Source: Synechococcus sp. (GTDB lineage Bacteria; Cyanobacteriota; Cyanobacteriia; Thermostichales; PCC-7336). From it: a DNA stretch of 27,957 nt. The notes beneath the pieces are model-generated. The model ran no database searches. It saw only the letters and a program-made list of their open reading frames with translations, and was not told the origin of the DNA. The stretch is from NCBI GenBank assembly GCA_051439425.1, contig JBFRWD010000050.1, positions 1 through 27,957 of the forward strand, read 5' to 3'. The position numbers were made by a program, and so were the translations under genes. Positions 17,689-27,957 of the stretch are shown here, in pieces. Position 1 is the stretch's first letter. The number at the start of each line of letters is the position of its first letter.

Positions 17689-20334
17689 ATGACCGCTCTT
17701 GTCATTGTTGAATCTCCCACCAAAGCTCGCACCATTCGAGGCTTCCTGCCCAGTGGCTATCAAGTGGAAGCATCTATGGGTCACATTCGGGATTTACCTC
17801 AATCGGCCACCGAAATCCCGGCTGAGGTGAAGAAAGAGGACTGGGCTCGCATTGGGGTGAACGTGCGATCGAATTTCGAGCCGCTGTACGTCATTCCCAA
17901 AGACAAACAGAAAAAAGTCAAAGAATTGCGCAGTGCCCTCAAAGGGGTGGACGAGCTAATTCTGGCGACAGACGAAGACCGCGAGGGGGAGAGCATTAGC
18001 TGGCACCTGCTGCAGGTGCTGAAGCCCAAGGTGCCCATCAAGCGGATGGTGTTCCACGAAATTACTCGTGACGCGATTCAGAAGGCGCTGGATGATTGCA
18101 GAGATATTGACGTCAACCTAGTCCACGCTCAGGAAACCCGCCGCATACTCGATCGCCTGGTGGGCTACACCCTATCGCCGCTGCTGTGGAAGAAGATAGC
18201 CCGTCGTTTGTCTGCAGGTCGGGTGCAGTCTGTGGCGGTTACCCTGCTAGTGGAGCGGGAGCGGCAGCGTCGGGCGTTCAAGCAGGGGGAATATTGGGAT
18301 CTGAAGGCCGATCTGACCCACGCTAAAAAAGCATTTACGGCTGACTCCATTTCGGTGGGGGGCAAGCGTCTGGCTACCGGTCGCGATTTTGATGAATCAA
18401 CGGGTCGAATCGCTGCCGGTCGGGATGTATTGCTGCTCGATCGTGAGCAAGCGGAAGCCATTCAAGCTCGCCTGCGGGATAAGACCTGGACGGTGAGCAA
18501 TGTAGACGAACGGGCCAGCACCCGCCGTCCCTCTCCCCCCTTTACTACTTCGACGTTGCAGCAAGAGGCCAACCGCAAACTGAGGATGCCTGCCCGCACT
18601 ACCATGCGGACGGCCCAAAAGCTTTACGAAGAGGGCTACATCACCTACATGCGGACGGATTCAGTGAATCTGTCCCAACAGGCGATCGCCGCTGCTCGCA
18701 GTTGTGTGGAAGCAAAGTACGGCAAAGACTACCTCAGTCCCAAGCCCCGTCAATACTCCACGAAGAGCAAGGGTGCTCAAGAGGCCCACGAAGCTATTCG
18801 TCCGTCAGGATCCACGTTCCGAACTCCTGCGGATACCCCATTAAGCGGTCCGGAGCGGGCATTGTACGACTTGATTTGGAAGCGTACCGTTGCCACCCAG
18901 ATGGCTGATGCTCGTCAAACCCACACCACTGTCACCATGACTGTTGAGGATGTGGAGTTTAAGTCCACCGGCAAGCGAATTGATTTCCCCGGTTTCTTCC
19001 GGGCTTATGTAGAGGGTTCTGACGACCCTGATGCGGCGTTGGAGGACAAGGAGGCTATCCTACCTTTGCTGAAGGTGGGCGATTCTCCCAACTGCAAAAC
19101 CATTACCCCCAACGGCCACGAAACACAGCCCCCGGCCCGCTACACCGAGGCGTCGCTGGTGAAAGCGTTGGAAAAAGAAGGCATCGGACGACCCAGTACT
19201 TACGCCAGCATCATCAGTACGATCCAGGATCGGGGCTATGTGCAGGCAATTGGCAATGCACTGACCCCCACCTACACAGCATTTGCGGTTACCAGTCTGC
19301 TGCAAGAGCATTTCCCGTCGCTGGTAGATACCCATTTCACCGCGCAGATGGAAGGGACGTTGGACAAAATTGCCACAGGCAAGGCGGAGTGGCTGCCTTA
19401 CCTGACCGATTTTTATCTAGGGGATGACGGTCTGGAGCACCAGGTAAAGGTGCGCGAGGACGGCATTGACCCCAGCACGGCTCGGGCAGTGAAGCTGGAC
19501 GGATTGGATACAGAGATTCGCATCGGTCAGTACGGCCCCTACATTCAAGTGAAGGGGGAAGATGACAAGGATGTGCGGGCCTCGATTCCGGCTGATGTCC
19601 CCCCTGCCGATCTTTCAGCGTCGGATGTAGAGCGAGCGATTAAGACCAAGTTGGAAGGACCGGAGCAGATTGGCACCTTCCCGGAAGAAAACGAGCCTAT
19701 TTACCTGTTGGTTGGCCCTTACGGCCCTTACGTCCAGAAGGGGCAAGTCAGTGATGACAATCCCAAACCGAAGCGGGTGTCTCTGCCCAAGACGATGAAG
19801 CCTGAGGATGTGGATGAGGAAAAGGCGATCGGTTTGTTACAACTGCCCAGACGGTTGGGAGAGCATCCAGAGTCAGGTAAGAGCATTCGGGCAGGGATTG
19901 GGCGTTTTGGTCCCTACATAGTCTGCGATGGGGATTATCGCTCTCTCAAGAAGGACGATGACATCCTCACCATTGCTCTACCTCGTGCGTTGGAGATGCT
20001 GGCTCAGCCGAAGCGTGGCCGTGGCGCTACTGCCAAACCTGTACGCGAGCTGGGGGCTCATCCCGAGGATGGGGAAACGATTGGTGTGTTTAACGGTCGT
20101 TACGGGCCTTATGTGAAGCATGGCAAGGTAAATGCGTCGTTGCCAAAGGATGCAGCGATCGAGGAGCTTACTCTCGAACAGGCTGTGGAGTTGTTGGCAA
20201 CGAAGGGTAAGACCAAAGGCAAGAAGAAGACTACGGCCAAGAAAACGACTGCTAAGAAGAAGACAACCACTAAGAAGACTACGGCCAAGAAAAAAACTAC
20301 GGCCAAGAAGTCTACGGCCACTAAGGAGGCTTAG
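17689..20334 (+). CDS. topA: DNA topoisomerase I (type IA) with C-terminal Topo_C repeats and a Lys-rich tail
   Basis: [52 protein letters not shown]; four G.(Y/F)GPY repeats. Confidence 0.98.
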   Translation: MTALVIVESPTKARTIRGFLPSGYQVEASMGHIRDLPQSATEIPAEVKKEDWARIGVNVRSNFEPLYVIPKDKQKKVKELRSALKGVDELILATDEDREGESISWHLLQVLKPKVPIKRMVFHEITRDAIQKALDDCRDIDVNLVHAQETRRILDRLVGYTLSPLLWKKIARRLSAGRVQSVAVTLLVERERQRRAFKQGEYWDLKADLTHAKKAFTADSISVGGKRLATGRDFDESTGRIAAGRDVLLLDREQAEAIQARLRDKTWTVSNVDERASTRRPSPPFTTSTLQQEANRKLRMPARTTMRTAQKLYEEGYITYMRTDSVNLSQQAIAAARSCVEAKYGKDYLSPKPRQYSTKSKGAQEAHEAIRPSGSTFRTPADTPLSGPERALYDLIWKRTVATQMADARQTHTTVTMTVEDVEFKSTGKRIDFPGFFRAYVEGSDDPDAALEDKEAILPLLKVGDSPNCKTITPNGHETQPPARYTEASLVKALEKEGIGRPSTYASIISTIQDRGYVQAIGNALTPTYTAFAVTSLLQEHFPSLVDTHFTAQMEGTLDKIATGKAEWLPYLTDFYLGDDGLEHQVKVREDGIDPSTARAVKLDGLDTEIRIGQYGPYIQVKGEDDKDVRASIPADVPPADLSASDVERAIKTKLEGPEQIGTFPEENEPIYLLVGPYGPYVQKGQVSDDNPKPKRVSLPKTMKPEDVDEEKAIGLLQLPRRLGEHPESGKSIRAGIGRFGPYIVCDGDYRSLKKDDDILTIALPRALEMLAQPKRGRGATAKPVRELGAHPEDGETIGVFNGRYGPYVKHGKVNASLPKDAAIEELTLEQAVELLATKGKTKGKKKTTAKKTTAKKKTTTKKTTAKKKTTAKKSTATKEA
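20212..20331 (+). repeat. Degenerate coding repeat encoding the KKTTAKK histone-like tail of TopA
   Basis: Recurrent aagaagactacggcc-like units. Confidence 0.85.
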
Positions 20335-20378
20335 AGCTTACGGGGTTTGGATTCAGCTATGGTTCGAGGGGTTCGAGC

Positions 20379-20705
20379 CTATTTTTTAGCTGCTTCTGGA
20401 ACCTTGAACCAGAATTCAATCTCATCAGTTTCGACTTCAAATCGAGCTGAATGCGGTTCTTGAGCTGGGACATGATACCAATCACCAACTGATACTCTCT
20501 GGGTTACACCACCCACGGTCAAGATCAATTCACCACGAGTGATTACACCATAGTTATCGGTTTCGTGGGTGTGGCTTGGAATTTCGGTACCTGCCGGATA
20601 CGAGGAGAAGAGAACGTCTGCTCCATCCGCCGCCAATTTGCGGGCATCGAAGCGACCATCGTACTCGGGTAGCGCTTTAATTCGCTGTGGGTACTGTCCT
20701 GGCAT
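20379..20705 (-). CDS. Cupin domain protein
   Basis: Probable ATG at 20705 (MPGQYPQRI); cupin motifs IPSHTH..GEL and GDWYHVPAQEPHSA. Confidence 0.88.
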   Translation of the reverse strand: MPGQYPQRIKALPEYDGRFDARKLAADGADVLFSSYPAGTEIPSHTHETDNYGVITRGELILTVGGVTQRVSVGDWYHVPAQEPHSARFEVETDEIEFWFKVPEAAKK

Positions 20706-20883
20706 TTTGTGTGCAGTCGAATGACTTACGGTGCTGATCTTTATAATCAATAGCGCTTGATTGGGTATTGGGGCAAACTCATCTGGGGTTGCGTACAGGG
20801 CACCGATCGCGGACAACCAATTCTCTGTGAAACGAAGAAAATTGAGACAGAGAAATTTCTTTGTTTTTTGGTTGAAGAGATAG

Positions 20884-21519
20884 CTACTGTCCAACCTTAT
20901 TAGGGCCCAGATATCGGGTCAGCAGATTTGAGAAGACTTCAACAATTACAGTCAGGGGGTGTTGATGGTGCCAGAGTACATAGTGCCGTCCCCAGAAAGG
21001 TCCTTCAACCCCAAATTCCCGCTCCAATTCTTCCGAATGCCCCAAATACAGCCCGTGTAGTTCTCGAAATAGCTCGGTACGGTGCAAACTCAAATCCCGA
21101 CCAATAGGTTGCTCGGGATGGCGCAAATGAGAGCGCATACACTCGTCATTCCACCAAGACACCCCATAAGCCAAAGGCGTCCCCGATACCGTCCGCAACA
21201 TCACCTGACGGCGCAGATTGGGAGTGTCCAACAATGACACCGCCGCCGGAGCCTCACTCAGTCCAGACTCCAGCGCCGCTGGAGCAATAGCCGTCGTAAC
21301 GATCGTTGTTGCTGCAATGTCCTCCCCCGTAATCAGCCCCAGATTGCGAGTGTTGTACCCGTCATTCAACAGCAGCAGCCGCCATGCAGACGGAATCGGA
21401 GGAGCAAAGGTCTTCTTTTGCAAGTCAAGAGTCTTCGCCTCCCACACGCAATCCAACTGCCACCAACCAGAGGGAGCAATCGAGCGTAGCGTTTCAGGTG
21501 GGGGAGAGGTTGCTGTCAA
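20884..21519 (-). CDS. Chorismate pyruvate-lyase-like protein (DUF98, cyanobacterial UbiC type)
   Basis: WRLLLL.DG..TR.L, LRRQVMLRT, LAYGVSWW, PFWGRHYVLWH..PLTVIVEVFS; TTG start uncertain. Confidence 0.85.
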   Translation of the reverse strand: MTATSPPPETLRSIAPSGWWQLDCVWEAKTLDLQKKTFAPPIPSAWRLLLLNDGYNTRNLGLITGEDIAATTIVTTAIAPAALESGLSEAPAAVSLLDTPNLRRQVMLRTVSGTPLAYGVSWWNDECMRSHLRHPEQPIGRDLSLHRTELFRELHGLYLGHSEELEREFGVEGPFWGRHYVLWHHQHPLTVIVEVFSNLLTRYLGPNKVGQ

Positions 21520-21805
21520 ACTAATGCCGCCGTGACATTAACGTTCCGTTACATTCACTCTAGTCTATTCGCCGAAAGGCGAAAAGGTATATACAGGGTT
21601 CCCAAAAACATAAACGGGCTTAAAACCGGCGAGATACCTGGAGATCGGGCGATCTCATCCAGCATTGAATCACCGAGATGCGATCGCACGCGACAGCTTC
21701 TCGTTTACGATCTGTAATAGAAAGCAGTGAAGCCGAGGCCATCCACAAAGCAACGCCAGCAGATGGCGATCGCTGCATCATTGACCAAACCTGCAGGGGA
21801 AACCG

Positions 21806-22033
21806 ATGCCACACACTATCGTCACAGACATTTGCGAGGGAGTTTCCGATTGCGTTGAAGCCTGTCCCGTCGCCTGCATCCATCCCGCCGACACCAAAAA
21901 CGCTAAAGGCACCGATTACTTCTGGATTGACTTTGACACCTGCATCGACTGCGGCATCTGCCTGCAGGTATGTCCCGTCAAAGGCGCCATTATTCCCGAA
22001 GAAAAGCCCGATTTGCAGCGCCTCCCAGCCTAA
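21806..22033 (+). CDS. Bacterial-type dicluster ferredoxin (probable [3Fe-4S][4Fe-4S])
   Basis: CEGVSDCVEACPVACI and CIDCGICLQVCPV motifs; conserved cyanobacterial MPHTIVTD start. Confidence 0.93.
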   Translation: MPHTIVTDICEGVSDCVEACPVACIHPADTKNAKGTDYFWIDFDTCIDCGICLQVCPVKGAIIPEEKPDLQRLPA

Positions 22034-22125
22034 ACGAGTAGGGTTGAAGCAAGGGGTTCTGGCTGAGTTTCTGAACGTTCGATTGCAGCTCGACACCCCG
22101 ACTCGACACCTCGGGGGGAGAAGCG

Positions 22126-23421
22126 TTGATACTCAGATTCTGTAAGTCAAGAACCTACCACGACCCCCTGCACGGGGCAATCCAGCTCGATGGCAGCGAC
22201 CCCACCGAAGCCCTCCTAATTCGCCTCATCGACACCCCCGCCTTCCAGCGGCTGCGACGCATTCGCCAGCTCGACACTGCCTCCCTAACATTTCACGGTG
22301 CCGAGGGCTCTCGCTTCACCCATTCTGTCGGTGCTCTGTACGTCGCCCGACGAGTGTTTGACTCTATTGCCAGCCACTACCCAGAGCTACGCCCCTACCG
22401 CCCCCTGGTGCTGGTATCTGCCCTCCTGCACGACATCGGTCACAGTCCCTTCAGCCACGCCGGCGAAGAAATCTTTGGCAGCCACCACGAACTGTGGACG
22501 GGACGCATTGTCACCGAAGATCCGCACATCTCCCGTCTATTCGAGATTTACAACCCCGAGCTTCCCGAGCAGCTCTTACAGGTATACGGCCACGAATTTC
22601 CCATTCCTCTCATCGCTCAACTGATTTCCAGTCAACTGGACTGCGATCGCCTGGACTACCTGTTGCGAGACAGCCACTACACCGGAGCCCAATACGGACG
22701 CCTCGATCTCGATCGCATTGTCACCGTGCTGGACTACGACCCTGACAAGCAGCGTTTGATGATTCCCGAACGCAAGGGATTGGGTGCGATCGAGCATTAC
22801 CTGGTGGTGCGCTATTTCATGTATACGCAGGTGTACCACCATCCCAAAAGCATTGCTGCCCGATTTGTGATGGAACGACTTTTTCTGCGGGCCAGACACC
22901 TGTGGGAAGCAGGGGAACTGCAGTGCGATCTCATTCTGTCTGCTTGGCTAGAAGGCCCTGTAGACGAGCTGCCTCTTAAGACCTACCTGGATGCTGACGA
23001 CACCATGTTCCAGTACCCCATTCGCTTTTGGGCAGACCATCCCGATCCAGTTCTGTCGGATCTATCCCGCCGCTACCTCGATCGCGACCTCTTCAAAGCC
23101 CGCAGCATTGCCCACCTCCCACCGCAACAGCAAACAGAACTTTGGGCTACCATCGAATCCGAACTCAAGCGACTCAAGCTAGACCCCACCAGCTACATCG
23201 GTCTCCACTCTGCCCACGCCCGCGGATATACCCTCTATCACGAAGGCATTCACCTCAAAGGAGACAGCGGCTATCGCGAAATCGCCGATCTATCTCCCCT
23301 CGTACATTCCCTGACTCAAACCGTCCCCATTCCCCGCATCATCTACCCCCGCGAAGTCGAAGAATCTGTGGAATACTTCTTGCGACAGTCTGTCGCTCCA
23401 CCGTCCAGTGTCAGAGTGTAA
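22126..23421 (+). CDS. HD-domain phosphohydrolase (YwfO/SAMHD1-like dNTPase family)
   Basis: DPLHG, FQRLRRIRQL, SRFTHS, LLHDIGHSPFSH, LDCDRLDYLLRD, MYTQVYHH; start uncertain. Confidence 0.92.
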   Translation: MILRFCKSRTYHDPLHGAIQLDGSDPTEALLIRLIDTPAFQRLRRIRQLDTASLTFHGAEGSRFTHSVGALYVARRVFDSIASHYPELRPYRPLVLVSALLHDIGHSPFSHAGEEIFGSHHELWTGRIVTEDPHISRLFEIYNPELPEQLLQVYGHEFPIPLIAQLISSQLDCDRLDYLLRDSHYTGAQYGRLDLDRIVTVLDYDPDKQRLMIPERKGLGAIEHYLVVRYFMYTQVYHHPKSIAARFVMERLFLRARHLWEAGELQCDLILSAWLEGPVDELPLKTYLDADDTMFQYPIRFWADHPDPVLSDLSRRYLDRDLFKARSIAHLPPQQQTELWATIESELKRLKLDPTSYIGLHSAHARGYTLYHEGIHLKGDSGYREIADLSPLVHSLTQTVPIPRIIYPREVEESVEYFLRQSVAPPSSVRV

Positions 23422-23505
23422 GCCCCACTCTGCTAAAAGCTCTAAGCTTGCAAATCGGAATCCAGCACAGAAGTGGGCTTGGGCCTACAGGGGAGCGATC
23501 GCTAA

Positions 23506-23796
23506 TTGAGGAATCTCAAGTTAACTGAGACTCAGCTTTACCGATTCCTGGGGGGAGCAACTGTAAGCACAATTATGATTGCGGTTCCCCATTCTGTTAC
23601 ATCGATACCGTTCGATTCACTCCATCTCGGTATCGCGGCCTTTGTCGTGTTGGCATTTGGAACGCTGGCTAGTCAATTAGGCTCGAACTTCATCGAGACG
23701 CTGTCGACGCTTTTGGCTGACACGGGGTTGTATTCAAAGCCCTATTGGGGACATGTAGAAACTCGTTTCCAGGAGCAATGCCGTTACACGCGATAG
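23506..23796 (+). CDS. Small hypothetical membrane protein
   Basis: Two hydrophobic segments; fills the gap between the HD gene and gpmI; TTG start uncertain. Confidence 0.5.
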   Translation: MRNLKLTETQLYRFLGGATVSTIMIAVPHSVTSIPFDSLHLGIAAFVVLAFGTLASQLGSNFIETLSTLLADTGLYSKPYWGHVETRFQEQCRYTR

Positions 23797-23803
23797 ATTC
23801 ACA

Positions 23804-25399
23804 CTACAGATTCAAGTGGACTGGGGTGCGGTTTTGGCGAACCGTGTAATCGGCAGGTAGCAACAGGGATTGTCCGGTCATTTCTTCCGGTTGTGTGACG
23901 CCTAAAATTTCCAAAATAGTCGGCGCAACATCAGCCAGGCTGCCATCTTCCCGCAAGCCCACATCGTTGCCGCGTCCTTCAAGCTTGAGCCCTTCCCCTT
24001 CCACCAGCATCAACGGCACGGGGTTACTCGTATGAGCCGTCCACGGACGACCGCTATCATCCCACATCACTTCAGCGTTGCCGTGATCCGCCAGGATAAG
24101 TGCAGTTCCCCCAACAGTAATCGTTGCTGATAACAGCCGACCCAAACAGGTGTCGACTGTCTCAATTGCCTTCACAGTGGCCTCGTAATTGCCGGTGTGA
24201 CCCACCATGTCAGGATTAGCATAGTTCAGAACAACCAACGAATATTCCCGTCGTGAGATGGCTGCGATCGCTTTGTCCGTCACTTCCCCTGCCGACATTT
24301 CCGGCTGCTGGTCGTAAGTGGACACAGGGGGACTGAGGATGAGTTCTCGATCTTCTCCCTCAAACGGTTGCTCGATACCGCCATTAAAGAAATATGTGAC
24401 GTGGGCGTATTTTTCGGTTTCTGCAATTCGCAATTGCTTCAAACCTGCTTCACTAATTACTTGCCCCAAAATATTGTCCAAGTTTTGGGGGGGGAACGCG
24501 ACCTCAACTGGCAACCCAGCTTCGTACTGAGTCATGGTGACCACGTGAAGGGAGTCAATCGCCTGCCGCTCGAAGTCGGAAAAGTCTGGTGTGACAAACG
24601 CATTCACCAATTGGCGGGAGCGATCGGGCCTGAAGTTAAAGCACAGAAGACCATCCCCAGGCTCGACAATTCCGTCTGCTAATCGAATGGGTTCGATAAA
24701 TTCGTCATAGATATCCCGATCGTAAGACGCTTGCAAGTACTCAACCGCAGATTGGGATGTTGTATCGCTATTGGCCTCCGTCATAACCCGATACATCTTT
24801 TCGGTGCGGTCCCAACGGCGATCGCGATCCATCGCATAATATCGGCCTGCAATTGTTGCCAGCGTGCCTCCAGCTTTGTCCAGCTTCGCTTGCAATGTGT
24901 CTAGATAGGCAATCCCACTTTGCGGGGTGGTATCTCGACCGTCCGTAATTACATGCACGTAAGGATGTAGCCCCCATTCTCTTACAACATCAATTAGGGC
25001 TAGCAAATGATCGATGTGGGAGTGAACCCCACCGTCAGAACACAAACCGACTAGGTGTAGCTTTGTTCCCCGTTCTTTTACTCCCTGACACAATTGTGCG
25101 ATCGGCTCGCGCTCTCCCAGTTTGCCGTCCGCTGCTAAGTCCGAAATTCTCACCAACTCTTGAGGCACGACTCGACCGGAGCCAATGGTTAAGTGACCTA
25201 CCTCCGAGTTACCCATTTGCCCGGCCGGTAGCCCCACGCGCTTGCCAGAGGTTGCCACTAGCGTGTGAGGATACGTTGCCCAAAGACTGTCCATGACAGG
25301 AGTACTGGCGTTCACAATCGCATTGCCATCTTCAGACGTACTGAACCCCCAGCCATCTAAGATCACTAACACCGCTGGTGAGACCGGTGCAATTGCCAT
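23804..25399 (-). CDS. gpmI: 2,3-bisphosphoglycerate-independent phosphoglycerate mutase
   Basis: ILDGWG, GQMGNSEVGH, GRYYAMDRD, AETEKYAHVTYFFNGG, NPDMVGHTG, ADHGNAE. Confidence 0.98.
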   Translation of the reverse strand: MAIAPVSPAVLVILDGWGFSTSEDGNAIVNASTPVMDSLWATYPHTLVATSGKRVGLPAGQMGNSEVGHLTIGSGRVVPQELVRISDLAADGKLGEREPIAQLCQGVKERGTKLHLVGLCSDGGVHSHIDHLLALIDVVREWGLHPYVHVITDGRDTTPQSGIAYLDTLQAKLDKAGGTLATIAGRYYAMDRDRRWDRTEKMYRVMTEANSDTTSQSAVEYLQASYDRDIYDEFIEPIRLADGIVEPGDGLLCFNFRPDRSRQLVNAFVTPDFSDFERQAIDSLHVVTMTQYEAGLPVEVAFPPQNLDNILGQVISEAGLKQLRIAETEKYAHVTYFFNGGIEQPFEGEDRELILSPPVSTYDQQPEMSAGEVTDKAIAAISRREYSLVVLNYANPDMVGHTGNYEATVKAIETVDTCLGRLLSATITVGGTALILADHGNAEVMWDDSGRPWTAHTSNPVPLMLVEGEGLKLEGRGNDVGLREDGSLADVAPTILEILGVTQPEEMTGQSLLLPADYTVRQNRTPVHLNL

Positions 25400-25731
25400 G
25401 CTTGATAGTCCTCGTCAAGAGCTGGCTGCATCATATCATTCCGCTGAATTCTTCCTCCAGCAAAGACAGAGCCCATCGGACTTTCAGACGAAACGTCCAT
25501 TTTCCTATGGCTATGTTTTGGCTTGTAAAACTAGTGGTTTGAGACGCGTTGGATGTGGAAAGACCGTTCTAGGACCAAAGGAACCCAATCGAAGATGCAA
25601 GATTTCCCGTTCAGGAAAGTCCCGGGATTCAGAGGAGCAACTTTTGCCCATTGCTTCCAGCTTTCGTCGAAACAAGAGGGCTGCCACGATAGGATTGCCA
25701 GTATTCGATTAGTTCGTATCTAGAGTCTGGC

Positions 25732-26391
25732 ATGGCAAATCTACAGCTGAGGGTGTACGTTCCCCCCCACCCTTCCATCAAGCATTGGTTGGCGATCGTT
25801 CGCGATGCCGATACCCCTATGCCACTGTTTCGTACGGCTATTGGTGAATTGAGTCATTGGCTGACTTACGAGGCAGCGCGCGAATGGCTACCTACTCAGA
25901 TGGTGCAGGTGCAGACCCCCTTGACTCCTTGTGATGCTGAAATCATTGATGTCAGTCAACCAATCGCCATTGTTCCAGTTTTGAGAGCAGGGCTGGCGAT
26001 GGTGGATAAATGCCAGGCCATTTTGTCGAATGGCAGAGTATATCATTTGGGATTTAAGCGCGATGAAACTACGCTTGAGTCGAATTGTTATCTCAATCGA
26101 CTGCCCGAGACCTTTGCCACCAACACTAGAGTTGCCATTCTAGAACCCATGTTGGCCACGGGCGGTACCATCGTTCAGACACTGCAAGAGCTAGAACAGC
26201 GTGGCGCGGACATCAGCCTGGTCAGAATCTTGTCGATTATTGCCTCTGCCCCGGCCCTAAAGCGGATTGGCGAAACTTATCCCAGCCTACAGATCTATAC
26301 GGCAACGATTGACGAGCATCTTAGCGAACAAGGGTTTATTGTGCCTGGTTTGGGAGATGCAGGCGATCGCGCCTTTGGCACCGAAGGCTAA
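25732..26391 (+). CDS. upp: Uracil phosphoribosyltransferase
   Basis: VPVLRAGL, PMLATGGT, FIVPGLGDAGDRAFGT. Confidence 0.97.
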   Translation: MANLQLRVYVPPHPSIKHWLAIVRDADTPMPLFRTAIGELSHWLTYEAAREWLPTQMVQVQTPLTPCDAEIIDVSQPIAIVPVLRAGLAMVDKCQAILSNGRVYHLGFKRDETTLESNCYLNRLPETFATNTRVAILEPMLATGGTIVQTLQELEQRGADISLVRILSIIASAPALKRIGETYPSLQIYTATIDEHLSEQGFIVPGLGDAGDRAFGTEG

Positions 26392-26454
26392 AACTCAACA
26401 TTCAGCAAGCCGTCAGACAGGCTGTTCAAACTACCTTATCCTCCTAGACACCGC

Positions 26455-26484
26455 AAAAAGCACCCCGCTAGCGGGGTGCTTTTT
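26455..26484. terminator. Bidirectional intrinsic terminator between convergent upp and psbA
   Basis: Perfect 30-bp palindrome aaaaagcaccccgct/agcggggtgcttttt, giving a T-tract on both strands. Confidence 0.9.
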
Positions 26485-26506
26485 AAAGCTAAAAGAAGCT
26501 CAGAAA

Positions 26507-27589
26507 TTAAGCATCAATCGCAGGAGCGGTCAGAGCTACAGGGGTTGCATCGCCAGCAGCCAAGTCCAAGGGGAAGTTGTGAGCGTTACGCTCGTGCATG
26601 ACTTCCATACCCAAGTTGGCACGGTTGATGATGTCTGCCCAAGTGCCGATACCACGACCGGATGAATCCACGATGGACTGGTTGAAGTTGAAGCCGTTCA
26701 GGTTAAACGCCATGGTGCATAGACCAACACCTGTCATCCAGATGCAAACAACAGGCCAAGCACCTAAGAAGAAGTGCAGAGAGCGGCTGTTGTTGAAGGA
26801 AGCGTATTGGAAGATCAGACGACCGAAGTAGCCGTGCGCTGCAACGATGTTGTAGGTCTCTTCTTCCTGACCGAACTTGTAACCAGCGTTCTGAGACTCT
26901 TCTTCAGAAGTCTCGCGAATCAGAGAAGAAGTTACCAGAGAGCCGTGCATGGCGGAGAACAGAGAACCACCGAATACACCGGCTACTCCCAACATGTGGA
27001 AGGGGTGCATCAGAATGTTGTGCTCAGCCTGGAATACCAACATGAAGTTGAAGGTACCAGAGATACCCAGAGGCAGACCGTCAGAGAAAGACCCCTGACC
27101 GATGGGGTACACAATCAGTACCGATGCAGCGGCGATTACGGGAGCTGAGTACGCAACGCAGATCCAAGGACGCATGCCCAGACGGTAGGACAGTTCCCAC
27201 TGACGACCCATCCAGCAGCAGATGGCAATGAAGAAGTGGAAAACAACTAGCTGGTAAGGCCCACCGTTGTACAGCCACTCATCCAAGGAAGCAGCTTCCC
27301 AGATTGGGTAGAAGTGCAGGCCAATGGCTGCAGAAGACGGAACAACTGCACCAGAGATAATGTTGTTGCCACCGAACAGAGAACCTTGTACGGGCTCGCG
27401 AATGCCATCGATGTCGACAGCAGGGGCGCCTACAAAGGCAATGATGTAGCAGATAGCTGCGGCAAGAACGGTCGGGATCAACAGAACACCGAACCAACCT
27501 ACATAGATGCGGTTGTCAGTACTAGTAATCCACTCGCAAAACCGCTCCCATACGCTGCCGCTCTTGCGGCGTTGTACTAGAGTTGTCAT
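26507..27589 (-). CDS. psbA: Photosystem II reaction centre protein D1 (divergent isoform, Gln130)
   Basis: 360 aa; retains D61, Y161, D170, E189, H190, H198, H215, H272, H332, E333, H337, D342, A344 and a 16-aa C-terminal extension. Confidence 0.99.
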   Translation of the reverse strand: MTTLVQRRKSGSVWERFCEWITSTDNRIYVGWFGVLLIPTVLAAAICYIIAFVGAPAVDIDGIREPVQGSLFGGNNIISGAVVPSSAAIGLHFYPIWEAASLDEWLYNGGPYQLVVFHFFIAICCWMGRQWELSYRLGMRPWICVAYSAPVIAAASVLIVYPIGQGSFSDGLPLGISGTFNFMLVFQAEHNILMHPFHMLGVAGVFGGSLFSAMHGSLVTSSLIRETSEEESQNAGYKFGQEEETYNIVAAHGYFGRLIFQYASFNNSRSLHFFLGAWPVVCIWMTGVGLCTMAFNLNGFNFNQSIVDSSGRGIGTWADIINRANLGMEVMHERNAHNFPLDLAAGDATPVALTAPAIDA

Positions 27590-27630
27590 TCTGTATTACT
27601 CCAAATTATGAAGCGAGTACTATGTGACAG

Positions 27631-27659
27631 AATCTAGGCCAACCGTAATATTCAGTCAA
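27631..27659 (-). promoter_or_regulatory. Sigma70-type promoter of the downstream psbA
   Basis: Minus strand TTGACT-17 nt-TAGATT, 41 nt before the ATG; GGAG RBS. Confidence 0.7.
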
Positions 27660-27740
27660 TTCACGCAACAACATCTAAGCGTTCTGCAATCTTTCTAGGC
27701 CTATCCGCACAAGGTGCGCAGCACAACAATAAGAAATGTA

Positions 27741-27782
27741 AGCAAAGCAAAGGTGCTCCCTCCGACGGACGGAGGAAGCACC
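27741..27782 (-). terminator. Intrinsic terminator of the upstream psbA copy
   Basis: Minus strand GGTGCTTCCTCCG-tccgt-CGGAGGGAGCACC followed by TTTGCTTTGCT. Confidence 0.8.
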
Positions 27783-27829
27783 AGTTGCGTCAACTATCTA
27801 ACTGTTCGGGTCCCTAAAGACTCAAGACA

Positions 27830-27957
<128 letters not shown>

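Larger units (their letters stand above)
1018..26370. repeat. Dispersed HIP1 octamer GCGATCGC
   Basis: At least 22 copies seen, e.g. at 1018, 3814, 5546, 7007, 7053, 8219, 10490, 11586, 12677, 13653, 14749, 15333, 16459, 16928, 18682, 21680, 21766, 22643, 23495, 24264, 24818, 26363; about one or fewer expected by chance. Confidence 0.95.

Noticed and set aside
20212..20331. Lys-rich repeat as a novel element or CRISPR-like array
   Set aside because: It is the known Lys-rich TopA tail; no repeat-spacer array was seen anywhere in the window
20706..20894. N-terminal 63-aa extension of the cupin ORF
   Set aside because: AT-rich and intergenic-looking; the cupin domain starts at the ATG at 20705
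23420..23480. Imperfect inverted repeat aagccccactctg...cagaagtgggctt after the HD gene
   Set aside because: Long loop, bulges and no U-tract; insufficient for a terminator or MITE call
741..27580. Many antisense or alternate-frame ORFs (e.g. 741-1316, 7200-7970, 21620-22096, 23028-23528)
   Set aside because: Shadows of well-supported genes with no independent motifs
26507..27589. psbA as rogue D1 or chlorophyll f synthase (ChlF)
   Set aside because: All Mn-cluster ligands and the A344 processing site are intact, and no far-red gene cluster is visible

Overview
Chromosomal window from a cyanobacterium. Evidence: two psbA copies, cyanobacterial-type ppc/topA, and at least 22 HIP1 GCGATCGC octamers counted by eye. 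D1 features (Ala87, [10 protein letters not shown]) suggest an early-branching unicellular lineage; this is an inference. Housekeeping genes: rimP-nusA (with a rimP-leader terminator hairpin), an OmpR-family regulator, obgE, ppc, topA, a DUF98 chorismate-lyase-like gene, a 7Fe-type ferredoxin, an HD phosphohydrolase, gpmI, upp and tandem psbA. The usual ylxR-infB genes do not follow nusA. Instead an accessory block follows: two small exported Gln/Asn-rich repeat proteins that share a strict Q-x5-Q-x3-Q-x-Q motif and have Arg-rich linkers (candidate new functional-amyloid/curli-like fibre system), a third exported Ser-rich protein, a DUF4399 protein, an IS5-family remnant and a small Cys-motif protein. 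Next come a sugar-binding lipoprotein and two paralogous exported acidic proteins sharing a carboxypeptidase-regulatory-like domain plus a possible CsgG/LpoB-like module. The complete psbA encodes an unusually substituted D1 that keeps all Mn-cluster ligands and has its own promoter. All calls were made by eye and from recalled family motifs; no searches were run.
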